Origin: Tubulanus polymorphus
Taxonomy: Eukaryota; Animalia; Nemertea
DNA: 64,000 bases
Assembly: GCF_964204645.1 (NCBI RefSeq)
Contig: NC_134025.1
Location: 29,554,299 to 29,618,298, forward strand
Direction of reading: 5' to 3'
Positions within the stretch are counted from its first letter, which is position 1. Every line of letters starts with the position of its first letter. The notes below the pieces were generated by a model, which was not told the origin of the DNA, did no database searches, and saw only the letters and a program-made list of their open reading frames with translations. The position numbers were made by a program, and so were the translations under genes. This document shows positions 51,996-64,000 of the stretch, one piece after another.

Positions 51996-54900
51996 AGAAC
52001 ACGAAGAGAACATCGACACAATGAACTTTCTGACATTAGGATTTGACCAGAACGCCATCGCATTCGCTATTGTTGGTTCGGAATGAAATTGATCTCGGCA
52101 AACAAGCGATGTGGTCATAGGTTAAAATTCCGTTTAATGCAATGTTTAAGCAAACATTGTCAGCATTGATGAAAAAAAGATCAATGAATTCACTAGTGAA
52201 TGAATTTTTCCATAATGTGTTCGGGACAGGGGAAGATAGGCGCTAGTTAGCTATTTACGGCCACTTCTAACAATGATGTCCAAAAATTAGCCGATGACAA
52301 ATTGGATATTTCTGTTTGCTCAAATCTGCCGAAGCTTGTAACTTATAATACAGCAATCAGTCATAGCCAGAACGACCACAAGTCGCGGAGTGAAAACAAC
52401 ATTGTTTTTTAAGACATTGATGGATCGAGTGAATAAAAAGTCACTTTATAAACGCTCGAAAATGAAGCAGAAGTGTCGGTTAGAACTTCACGAGTTCTCA
52501 CAAAATTCAAGGGTTCTTTTGACTGCAATGAGATACACACCACTAGAGGCACTTCTTCACAAGAGTCTCAAAACTCTCCATACTGATATCACTACACAGG
52601 TTATCAGACACTAATATCAAACCAGCTGACTTTAGTTAGTCGAATAAAACACTCTAATCCGTGTCCACTGTAGGTAAATATAAATGTTCCACCTGATAAT
52701 GGCTGTTGGTCAACAGCAGAAACGTTGTGGTTCCGTTAAAACAAATTTTCTTCGCATAAATTTCTCTCGTGGGACGACTCTCGTCATCCAGCTCACTAAT
52801 GTTTTACTGGTCAAACCGAATGAATTCAAGGTGAAATAATTCGGTGGCTGTTTAAGCCTTCTTCTAAATGTTGCAGCCGATTTACCGACATAAAAGATTC
52901 GGATGATATTATCCTGGCGACAAAAAAAAAGAGAGAACGACCTCATTATGCCCGACTTCCAAAATTAGCTGCTTGTTTCACGGTTAAAGAAATTCACAAG
53001 TATCCGATCGTGATACGTGAAGAATACGAGTGAAAGCCAGCGTAGAATCTTTCAGACCACCGCATGAAAAACCCTGCAGCCACCGAGCACAGTCTTTTCT
53101 ATTAGTCATTATCCAGAGGTTTTCATTCGATCATTCGATGCTGCAATAGAGATTAGCAGAATCCGCGTGGTGGAGTCCTCGGTATAAAAAAACTAAATAG
53201 CCTCGAGACACCTGGGGCAAAGATGAAAAACTAATTGGTTGTTATATATTGGTTTAGTCCTGCGTTCCTTTCTGACGCGGTGTAGCCAGCAGAGGCTCTC
53301 GAGAACACCATTCACATTTAATAAACCACTCAAATAAAAGTGCCAAAAAGTCAGAAGACGAAGGATTAAATTTGAAAAAAATTGACGAAAAAAATAACAA
53401 AGGGACATCGAACCGTGAAGGGTTGTTTTACAAATCACGTAGCACGTTTTCTACATAAAAAAATCAATCATTGAAGACTTTTCAAAATGTATTTTACAGG
53501 AATATAATACAAGCTTACAACAATATCATATCAAAGTATTAACTTTCTTTTATTCGAGGCTTAAACACGGACGGCACATCTGGCTTCGTTCTCCATTATC
53601 CGGGCAACAGTTTTCATTGAATTCGAACGAAAAATTAATCCTCGGCAGCTTTCGGCAGTTACCATCATAATATCATATTGTTCGGCCTTAGAAAGTTAAG
53701 CCATGTCAATTATCGACAAGCAACTGTCAGCCATTCTAGCGCGGCTGAGAAGTAGCAATTCGACCGAGGCCCACCTCGAAGAGGCCCGTCTAACTTCTCT
53801 CTTCAAAGTTCCCGAATAAAACCGTAAGAGCTTCGTCGAAGTTGAGGACAATTCGCTACTATGCGAAGGGTGCTCGACGAAAATTGGGGATTAATGCCAT
53901 AAAGGCGGTGTGATAGTAATTAAGCAAGTTACTGTGCACTTGGTATTCACTAGAAGGGATAGCCAAGAGGCACGGAAGGCAGGGATTTCGGTGCCATAAC
54001 AATGAAGCATGAAATAGAAATGGCCATCGAAGCCTCTTGCTTCTGCAGTCAGGCATGGTAAAACTTTGGACAATACAGCACACATGGCAGACCCTGTGTG
54101 GGAAATATGAACTAGAATTTATAAGGATTAATCCCGGTATTCACCGTGAAAAGAACCTAATCGGGCCTTGGGGATTAAATGGAAGTTTTCGTCGGGACCT
54201 CATTGAACATTTCACGACCAAGTCAATGAAAATCTACGTGTTTGAAAGTGAAGCGAATCCGAGGCCAGATTACGCCGACAAAGTACGACAACACGGATTT
54301 GATGCCTACAAAAATGTGGCGTGTTATACTAATAGGTTTAACTGTCCGACGAATAGCGTTAAAACCCAGTGACAATATCCTGATCCAATCCAAGTCAAGA
54401 TTTATTTGATTGTAGTAAAGATTAAGAACCAATACGGCAGGGGTTTATAAGCCGAATAATTCCACTTCGACGTGTAAATGTTAGTGTTAAACCGACACAA
54501 ATCTGTGTAAATAATCGCGATTAGACCCGATACAGATGAACCTCCTCAGGACAAGAGATCATTAATCAAATATCAATCAAATAACGAACAGTCTCATTTT
54601 CTATGTTTAATAAGTACTCATATTTAGTCGAACAGGATAACATCTAGCCTTTTCACACGATACACCAACTTGGGTGTATAGACTGCGTTTATCGCTGTGT
54701 CCAGCCCGACACAAACTATCAAACATTGTGATGATCCCTTTTCCAACTGTCTGGAATTCTTGGACCTCCTCATGAGAGAATCCGTGGTAACCAGAGTCTA
54801 CTGTATTTAACTATTTTAGCTTTCTATAAAGAATTTTCTAAACCCATTAATGTTACTGAATGCGAATTCTGGAACAACACGCGTAGAAAAAGCATCAATT

Positions 54901-55601
54901 TGTTTCTCGCGTTTCGGGTTTGCGCTGGAGACATTACTGATTCCTCATCAGTATAAGATGTATTCATCACACAATATTGGCAGGTGCACGAAGGTGCGCG
55001 TGTGCAGATCTTCGCTGATAATCACATTTTTGCAAACATTTTCAATACTTTACTAATTTTCCACATGAAGAACCCGATTAAATCGTACAAAAGGCTCAAC
55101 AGCGAAAGTCATTATTTTATTTGTCGACATAAGACTTAAGCCGGCCGATCAGAGGTATACAATTAAAAGAAAACGTGAAACGCTTATATTCAGACAATAG
55201 GTTTGCAGCAGAAGGTGACGAATATTCGCCATTTAGACAAACTGACACCAGAAATAAATGTCATTTTATTACTAATACGGTGACGTTCGTTCCCCGTTCG
55301 ATTACGAATACCATACAATAACAGCCGACATTAAAATAAGCGCTGACGCCTCTAATCCTTCACAGCAGTTACAACTGAATTACAACTGAAATTTTGATGT
55401 ATTTATTCATACATGAAAATTAGTATGAATTTGCCCGGACCGGTTATAGGAATAATAATATCAGATTCAGAATTGCAGTATTGGGAGGCAGTAAAGGGGC
55501 CCCTCCAACGAATAGTATAAACAACATACCGGGATTAATGCACCAAGTATGACTGGAACTGAGCCTGCCGTCCTTTACACTTCTAGATCTATTGCTCTTG
55601 T

Positions 55602-55639
55602 CTTGGAGTTATCATTTGAATTCAAACGATAACTCCAAG
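55602..55639. repeat. 38-bp near-perfect palindrome
   Basis: CTTGGAGTTATCATTTGAA|TTCAAACGATAACTCCAAG: 19-bp arms, one mismatch, no loop. Confidence 0.9.
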
Positions 55640-56336
55640 CTTTAATTGTGATATATCACCCTGCATTTAGCTTTCGGTTCTAGCTTTCAATAATCTGATC
55701 TGTAATCGATTTGAATTGTTTCGCGTCATATTTTTTTCTTCGGAGATCCTATGATTATTTCTTTTATCGATAATCTGAATTTCGGGGAATGTCCTCAACA
55801 GAGGGAACAGACCGACGACCACGAGTACCTGGCATAAATACAAAATATACCTATCGTTTAAACCTTGCACTGCCTCAAAATACACACTGCAAAATATTAT
55901 AACACTCGAAATACATATTGGTGTGTATTGAGTGAGATACTAGTGAAGCCTGTGACACTTATTCACTCGTTAAATAGAATCCTGTCACACGAATTTGATG
56001 AGATAAACGCCGTAAAGCAGTGATTGTAATTGAGATAATCTCAAATACGATTTAATCAGCTGTCCCGCTAAGCATCGGGGATGAGAAAATTGAAGTAACC
56101 CGATACGAGAATAATCCCGAAGCAGACATCAGTTCGAAAAATTAAAACAACACGACTGAACGTGGAACACTGAGAGAACGCTGATGATAAATGCCGTAAG
56201 ATATGACGATACATTGACATGTAACGATACACTGTGTGTGAACAGTGTATCGTGAGAACAAACAGTAAAACACCTTGAAATAACAAACTCACAAATCAAT
56301 TCCTTTAACCTCCTAATATCCCGACTCCAAGACTCA

Positions 56337-56897
56337 TCCACATACTCCAACTCCCGGTATGCCTGTATCCAGACCCCTGATATCACTGAATCCAGTAGAC
56401 TCCTAGTATCCACATACTCCAACTCCCGGTATGCCTGTATCCAGACCCCTGATATCACTGTATCCAGTGGACTCCTAGTATCCACATACTCCAACTCCCG
56501 GTATGCCTGTATCCAGACCCCTGATATCACTGTATCCAGGCTCCTGATATCACTGAATCCAGACTCCTGATATCACTGAATCCAGACTCCTAATATCACC
56601 GTATTCAGACTCCTGATATCACTGTATCCAGGCTCCTGATATCACTGTATCCAGGCTCCTGATATCACTGTATCCAGGTATCCAGAACCCTGATATCACT
56701 GTCTCCAGGCTCCTGATATCACTGAATCCAGACTCCTGATATCACTGTATCCAGACTCCTGATATCACTGTATCCAGACTCCTGATATCACTGTATCCTG
56801 ACCCCTGATATCACCGTATTCAGACTCCTGATATCACTGTATCCAGGCTCCTGATATCACTGTATCCAGGTATCCAGAACCCTGATATCACTGCATC
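56337..56897. repeat. Compound minisatellite: about 2.7 x 72-bp higher-order unit followed by 23-bp monomers
   Basis: CATACTCC recurs at 56341, 56413 and 56485 (period 72); then tandem CTCCTGATATCACTGTATCCAGA monomers. Confidence 0.93.
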
Positions 56898-57342
56898 CCA
56901 ATTCCATTGTATTACTGTACCCAGCAGACTCATAGTATCCGTGTATCTACACTCACAGGGACTGCGACCACTGTTAACAATAGTCTATCACCAGCCCCAG
57001 ATATCCCTCCAGACTCTTGGTTTATATCCCTGTTTATATCCTGACTCAGATATCCCTAATACTAGGCTAATGAATATAGAAAAGGGTTTCTATAGTACAT
57101 GAATAGCCCGGTCTATACTACTGTACTACCGTGCCATCATTATCACCTTAAAAGTCCATTTGCTTTAATGAATATTATCTATCAAGTGTGAACAATCACT
57201 CGCTGAATCAATATAAGTTATCAATAAATGATATTTATTGATGTTATTATAACGGATCATGAAAATGAAATATATTCATGAGTTCAAACAAGGAATTCTA
57301 TCATGTTTTGATTTCAGATTAATCACAAATCACAATTAAATC

Positions 57343-57464
<122 letters not shown>

Positions 57465-59419
57465 TTAGTTAGAAGAAATTATCATTTCAGACAAACGTTT
57501 AAAGAGAGAATTAGTTTCGAGAAACTGTACTTGCCATATTAGAAAATGATGTTAGAAAGTGAGGCATAAAATTCTCCGTGATGTTTTTCACGATATTCAC
57601 TTTGGATAATCTGGGACATTCCTTAGCTGCGTGTATAAAATGACATTGTTCTGTTATTTAGTAAGCAACATGCATGCTTGCCATATGCTTCATAAATGAC
57701 GTAGTAGTTTTGAAAATTTCTATGAAGAAATATAGTTCACGAATCACATATTGGAAACACGTGGTCAATAGCATCCAGCTTCCCTGAGTTGATTTTTTTT
57801 TGCGAAATCCATCAAATATCCCTGTTTTTTTCTAGATTTTTCTGATTACCTGAGTTTTGCAGGTTTTGCATCTGTGACCCTCAATATGGTAAAATTAATG
57901 CTACCGATAGCGTGTCAAATAAATCATACATCATTTTAGAATTCTCATATAGTTTTTAACTTAACGTGTCTGACAATAGATATTGCAGTCATTTTGTACA
58001 ACAAGATAAGAATAGAATCCGCGTTATAGATAATTGGGGGAAATTATCGATGGAATGAAATTCAGCTGCCGATCTCAAACTTCGTTTGAAAAGGAGTTTC
58101 AGAAATTGAACAACATTCACCTGCCAGTGCTTCACGCATACTCGACTAAAAAAGCTGTTCTTCATTCGTATTTCAAGTATAAATTTCACTATTCAAAGCT
58201 TTATTGGTTAATGATTAAATGTCTATTAATGAATGATAGTCACTCAGATGATTCTCACTAACGCTGTCTATTTGTATTATACATCATACAACACTGATCA
58301 CACTGCGTTATTTTTTAGATTGGACCAAGCTTTCGCGCTAGTTCTTCATTGGACCATTCCAGTTAAGTTTTTAATAAACCTATTTAGACCGAACCAGGAC
58401 TGTTCTAAATCGGCAGAATTCTGTGTATGAACAGAAATTTTGCTTCGATTTCGAGTCTATCACAACGTTGAGTCTAGTAGCAGGACCAGCGATAAAAACG
58501 TGCGTGGACGCACAGCATTGATTTCGTCTGTTCTCAAACAGTTTGTTCCAGGTACAATCCAAATTAGCTCAGCCAGCAACAGCACGAACGCGATTTACGA
58601 GCACGATGATCGCGTCAATCCTTGTGGAGACATCTTGTGATATGTGTAAGAAATAACATCCAATCTGGCTCGAACTATCCACACAAAAACATGCCGCAGA
58701 GCTTATAGCTGGTTTTATAAGGATGGGAACCGGCAACTTCTCAATGTCAACATGACAGTAATAATGACATTTATTGAAAGACTGTCAAATAATAACAGAC
58801 GGACAGATGATAAATTATACGATACAAAACCAGAAAATAATTACAATCCACAGATATAGAATAGCTTCATTTAAACCACGAGAACAGTCGAATAATACAT
58901 GATGTCCAGCGAATATATCGGTGTAAGAAGGCCAACTATAAAGGCGGGAGTTTACTGACTAGAAAACTATTTAAACTCGAATCATCTGAATTCTCGCTAT
59001 AAAAAGGTGCGGCGAGCGAGAAAACCAATTTCCACCTTAAGTAAATAAAAACATAATACATAGAATATCAATAGGGGGAAACTGGTCGCGAAATGTCGAA
59101 CGCAGACCTGTCAATCATTTCCTGTCTAAATGGAAACGCGAGGAAAGCGGGCGCACAATTTCATCCTAACCTCCGTGAAAGGTAATTTGTAGGTGATTTT
59201 CCGTATGAGAGAAGATTATCGCGAAGAACATCTCATCGAAGAATGAAAAATCAGCGTATAAAAATTCAATAAACGGCAAAACGGCAGCAATAAGGAAATC
59301 TAGCGCAGTTCACTAAATAAAACTGGGGCTGGGGCTGGGGCTGTTTTATTTGCAAATTCATACAAAACTACCACAAGCTAAAATCAATGAAATGAATTCT
59401 AGTGACATTTACTCCTGTG

Positions 59420-59421
<2 letters not shown>

Positions 59422-59498
<77 letters not shown>
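59422..59498. repeat. (TA)n microsatellite
   Basis: Uninterrupted TA run. Confidence 0.98.
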
Positions 59499-59499
<1 letters not shown>

Positions 59500-60651
59500 C
59501 AAACTTCTACACTGATGCACGCAGTCTATTGTGCGATTAAAAAATTCGGCATATTTCACCGATTAATAGCTACATAAGTTACCGAAACAAATTAAAAATT
59601 CAGAGCCATAAAAAGCAAGTTTTAAGTACACATCATGTTTGTCACACAATGAAAGAACCAGCATCGCATTCTATTCATCTTTCATGCCAAGTCAAACCTG
59701 AAAATTTCTATTACCTATTTTTATGGCAATGCCTTGCTTATGATGCATATATATGAGGTTGAAATACTAAATCATGGAATTATCTTACATAATTGCCTTA
59801 TTAAAATTCAACTGTGATATTGAATTAAATTCAATGTCCTTCAATGACCTACAAACATATGGCATTAACTGAATAGTCTGATCGGGACATTAATATCTAA
59901 TATTTCTAGTAAATCAAACTGATCAGAAGATAAATGTAAATTTGAGTAAATTGCCCCGCACTTATTCTATTCACGTCTTTGGTCCACACCAAAAATGCTA
60001 GCGTGATCACAGCTTAAGCCATCCCCATTCAAGAAAGCTCAGGAAAGAATCATTTAGTTATCAGTAGCTTAAAATCAGTTGATCGCGGATCATCCCTTAT
60101 TAACACATCAAATCACTCAAAGCCTCAAAGCTAACTACATGAAACGCTTGATAGAAAAAAATCGGATTTTCGCAAAATCTTCGCATCATCTCCGTCATCG
60201 TCGTCTTCGTCAAATCGGGAACTAACCAAATATTTCGTAACGCGTTTCGGAAATATGCTAAAAATGAAACGATTTTCGTCGCGGACAATAGAAAATTCCT
60301 CAGTCATCTGGCATCGTTTGAAAACGACGGAAGAAATTTCCGAGTCCGAGAATGTCGTCTTCCAGTTTCTTTGAAATCCGAGTTTACATCAGTTTTTAGC
60401 TGCGGGCGACGAATATTGGACACAACACGCTGTTTTGTGTTGAAACCGAAGTGAAAATTTAGCCCAATTCTACATTGAATGAACTGAACTCCACCGCGAC
60501 AAGAATTGCCAAATATTCAATGACAAATAAAATCCGTCATTGACAATAACTTAATCCTCGGTACTTTAATTCAACATCGTGCAAATAATTGCTTCAAACA
60601 AACCTAACTGGTCCAACATGAACAACTGGCTCTTATCAACTTTCTTAAATA

Positions 60652-60678
60652 CAGCATCAGCAGCAGCAGCAGCAGCAG
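60652..60678. repeat. (CAG)n microsatellite in the Ehbp1 last intron
   Basis: cagcat followed by seven CAG units. Confidence 0.9.
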
Positions 60679-61097
60679 TATGTTCAAACATATCCTCTTT
60701 CTTATTCTTCAAAAAGGGAAACTGCCTGGACAAGCGTAGGTTGAAGTACCGTTCACTTTTTTTTCTAATTCGATCTTTATTTCAAATATAACCCGACCCG
60801 AGCACCTGGTCAGATGTTGTCTAATACACTGTCAATAATCTGCAGAATTTTGCTGCATTTTCTGTTTTCGAGTTTGAGGTAAAAATGTTTGTGATTGATG
60901 AATAAATGAATTTTTCCAGTAACTTCAGATGAAATACTCGACTAATCGGATTAATCAAGTTTTAACTGTATCTCTCACTCAATTCTCCTCTCCCTCAACT
61001 CTATTTTCCTCTATATCTCTCTCTCTCTCCTCTCACTCAATCCTCTCTCTTTTTTGTCTAGTTTCTAGGAAATGAGGTTGATGTTTCTATAACTTAC

Positions 61098-61212
61098 GCT
61101 CGTTCCTGTGAATCGAGAGTTTGTACTAATTCATCACGTTTATTCACTATAATCACTAACTCCTCCAGTAATAATTGTTCTCTTCTCTTTTGCTGTTCAG
61201 TTTTCTGCCAAT
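61098..61212 (-). CDS. Ehbp1: Ehbp1 penultimate coding exon, bMERB domain
   Basis: tcgtgttttag|AT TGG...CGA GC|gtaagt encodes (D)WQKTEQQKRREQLLLEELVIIVNKRDELVQTLDSQER(A); phases (1 in, 2 out) join both neighbours. Absent from the ORF track. Confidence 0.95.
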
Positions 61213-62969
61213 CTAAAACACGAAAAAAATCGGTTCATTATTTTCAATTGTTCTATAATATCAAAACTCTACTCATATCCGATTTCTTAGTAGGAAGAGA
61301 GGGCAAAATTTTAGTGATAAATAAGTTGTAGGGTACTGCAGATTCCACTAAAGTCAGATCTTTTCGGGCCGGACAAAATCCATCCCACTTGATAGAGAGA
61401 TTATAGAGTGATAAGCTGAGCTGGATGGTTAGAAAACTTTGTTCAGTCGCAATTTTTTGAAGAGGAAAACATTTTCAATAGATATATGTACAATGTTTAA
61501 TGATAAAAATGTATAATAATGATACATGATATTGGGAATGCCATTTATTTCGGATAATCTTTATGAATTCATGACTATTTTTGCGAGCAGCAGGTTTTAT
61601 ATTTGAACACGAATATCAATCACAGAAGTCAAACAACTGTTACATATCGTAAATACTCATATTCCCATCAGATATTTCTATTTAATTCAAACAAATGCAT
61701 GCATTCATTTAAACACCCATATACCGGTTATAAATACTAGTAATAGAGGCTCAACTCATTATAATAATCATTGTTATCGAAGCTGGTGTTTACCAACGCT
61801 ACCTGGAATATATTCACTAAAAACAATAAAGTGACACATTGAGACCGATGTTACCGCTAGTAAATCATGCAGATCTTTGTCCATAAATCCAGCGGCTATA
61901 TAAAAATACATTTAAAAAGTTGACTAAATGGCCCAACCCATTCTATATTGGATACGTGACCTGTATATATTAAAAGTATGGGATGATTTATGTAAAATTT
62001 ATGAAAAATCATTGAATAGAAGACCTTTCCGTCCAAACGGATCTACCATCAGCCCCTATCAGCGCCAATTGTCACCACGCATTCGTAACTAAACTGTTCA
62101 CAAAAAGAAAGTTTTACGAAGATTTTCGCGGCCACGAGAATGACTCAATAAGCCGCCGGAATATCGCGAAAAATATTTGCACGTGATACAGAAATCAATG
62201 CGTACATCTTCATCCATAATGATTGCTTGTCAACGACAATGAACGCCCGAGAAATGGTGATACCGAGCGAGCACCCGAATGGCGTAAGCTGCTTATAGTC
62301 GTCATGTGGATTTAAGCAAGCATATGATGATATGAAATGAGATATCGGCAGAAACGAGAAAATTGTGCAGCGAAATTGATCCTGGTGACGAGTTGAAATT
62401 CGTCGTCGTCTACGGAACGTCTGAAACCATACAGCTGTCTGATAGACAACGACAGTCCGTCTGTCCGTCAGACTCGTTTAATGCTGCCAATCTCACCGCT
62501 AATTGCCATCGTAATATTCATTAGACGTCGTTAGTAGGGGGTATTCGAGTATAATTTCCCTTTCACTTTGAACGAGGTATCGAGGTACTTATCGCTGCCG
62601 CGTGATGCGGTAGTTTCAGCCACTTCGGTTACACTAGTTGAAGAACAGAGTGACAGTGATAGTAATTGATGGGTATCTCTATTGTTTCGCTAATATTGTG
62701 TGCGCATTTGTTTGAAAATATATATTACTCAAATACGTATGAATTTCTTTCGCTGCTCAAGCCTCAAAATTGGACATTATCAGCAAGTTTGTGATCTCTT
62801 CTCCCCCTCAACTCGCTGATCATCACTCGAGACATTGATAGCGGGTTCGAGGAACCCCTCCCCCCCCATATAAGGGAGGCCTGAGAAAAGCCATTGACCA
62901 AGAAATAAAATTGTGCAGACCAGTGACCGACAGCTTGAACCCACTTCATCACGTTTTTTTTATACGTAC

Positions 62970-63043
62970 CTTCAATTGTCATCATCGTTCTCAGTTCTCT
63001 GTTCAAAAGATCGAATCTTCTTTCGAGATCGTCTTCTTTTTCT
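62970..63043 (-). CDS. Ehbp1: Ehbp1 (EH domain-binding protein 1) internal exon, bMERB domain
   Basis: ttttcag|A GAA AAA...ATT GAA G|gtacgt encodes EKEDDLERRFDLLNRELRTMMTIE, matching the EHBP1 C-terminal coiled coil (EKEHDLERRYELLNRELRAMLAIE as I recall it). Upstream exons lie beyond the window. Confidence 0.93.
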
Positions 63044-64000
63044 CTGAAAATATGAGGAAAAAAATCAGAAGCAAAATATAGCTGAGACATTTCTAATTTC
63101 TTGTCAATTACAATAGAACATGAATGCGTGTTTATATTTGATGAGTAGTTTTCTATTACGAACAAACGCTTTTCTAGTTCTTTGTGTGATTTAATTCCGT
63201 TATTGTGAGTGCCAATTTTTGGGGTGGGTTCGTAATGGATACAAAACAATAGATAACCAGCTTTCTATTGATAAAGACCAGTCTTAAAGTAAATATCCTC
63301 ACAGTTGTTTGATATAAAATACGTTTTTGTGGAATAGTTTAGTATTTCTTGACACAGTCATTGTGCTAGTGTATAGTATAGCCATTAGGTAACCCAAACC
63401 TTACCCCCATGGTCTCGGTAAACATTCAAATTCCACCCTCACTGCGCCTTTTGTGAAAAGCCTTCCATTAATCTATTTCAGTAAATGATTAAGAAGAAAC
63501 AGGCCTGTAGTAAAGCAGGCCACGCAAAACGCTAGACAAATGATTTAATGAGATGATATGTATTCAGGATGGTGGATAAAGTATGATATCAAGGGCATAT
63601 TTAGGTGTAGTATGGTCCAAAGTAGGCCAAAATAAGATCCAAAATGATCAAAAGGAACTGAAAAGGCCAGAAAAGGCCCAAATCCACCCTCTTCAGATAA
63701 AGTGCTCATCCCAATTTTCAGGAGTCCATCCCGTTCAAAAATTCCTAGATACACCCATAAAAATTTCCAAGTCTTTTGAATATAATGATTAATTACCTAA
63801 ACGGCGTAGTAGAATGAAAGAGTTATTCACATTATTTACAACCTTATTCAATAGTCATAAACATCATTCATAATTTGTGAATCGGTAAGTCAAACCGTGC
63901 GCAGGGGTCTCTATCTTCGAGACACAATGGAACCCAATACAGCTGGCATTTCGTGTAGAATAATATTAGCTCAGTCAATTTCAAATCATGTCAGAGAGAG

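Noticed and set aside
56129-56530. 133-aa ORF with a 24-aa repeat
   Set aside because: Translation of the 72-bp repeat inside an Ehbp1 intron.
61794-61802. Possible 9-nt in-frame Ehbp1 microexon (ttccag|GTAGCGTTG|gtaaac)
   Set aside because: Weak donor, poor polypyrimidine tract, and it would interrupt the conserved IEDWQK segment; it needs junction reads.
62764-63249. 161-aa ORF taken as a whole gene
   Set aside because: Only 63043-62970 is exon, bounded by AG/GT and homologous to EHBP1; the rest is intron read-through.

Overview
This is animal genomic DNA (AT-rich, spliceosomal introns, microsatellites); the Otx N-terminus style suggests a lophotrochozoan invertebrate, which is inference only. 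Two protein-coding genes are supported, both on the minus strand. (1) A complete Otx/orthodenticle K50 PRD-class homeobox gene has coding exons at 20029-19900, 18839-18762 (78 nt, frame-preserving, possibly alternative), 17716-17553 and 15886-15320, giving 312 aa with the 78-nt exon and 286 aa without. A probable non-coding first exon and TATA promoter lie near 20.5-20.8 kb. (2) The last three coding exons of Ehbp1 (bMERB domain plus CaaX box CSVQ) are at 63043-62970, 61212-61098 and 49819-49738, with an 11,278-bp last intron facing Otx. This is the known ancient Ehbp1-Otx genomic regulatory block arrangement. I recognise no other genes. The rest carries clusters of K50 homeodomain (TAATCC/GGATTA) sites, CTCF-like motifs 3' of Otx, diverged local duplications, several minisatellites (including an exact 32 x 32-bp array that produces the long spurious ORFs at 35-36 kb), small MITE/LINE relics and microsatellites. 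There is no CRISPR array, tRNA or rRNA. All regulatory calls are motif-level and unvalidated.
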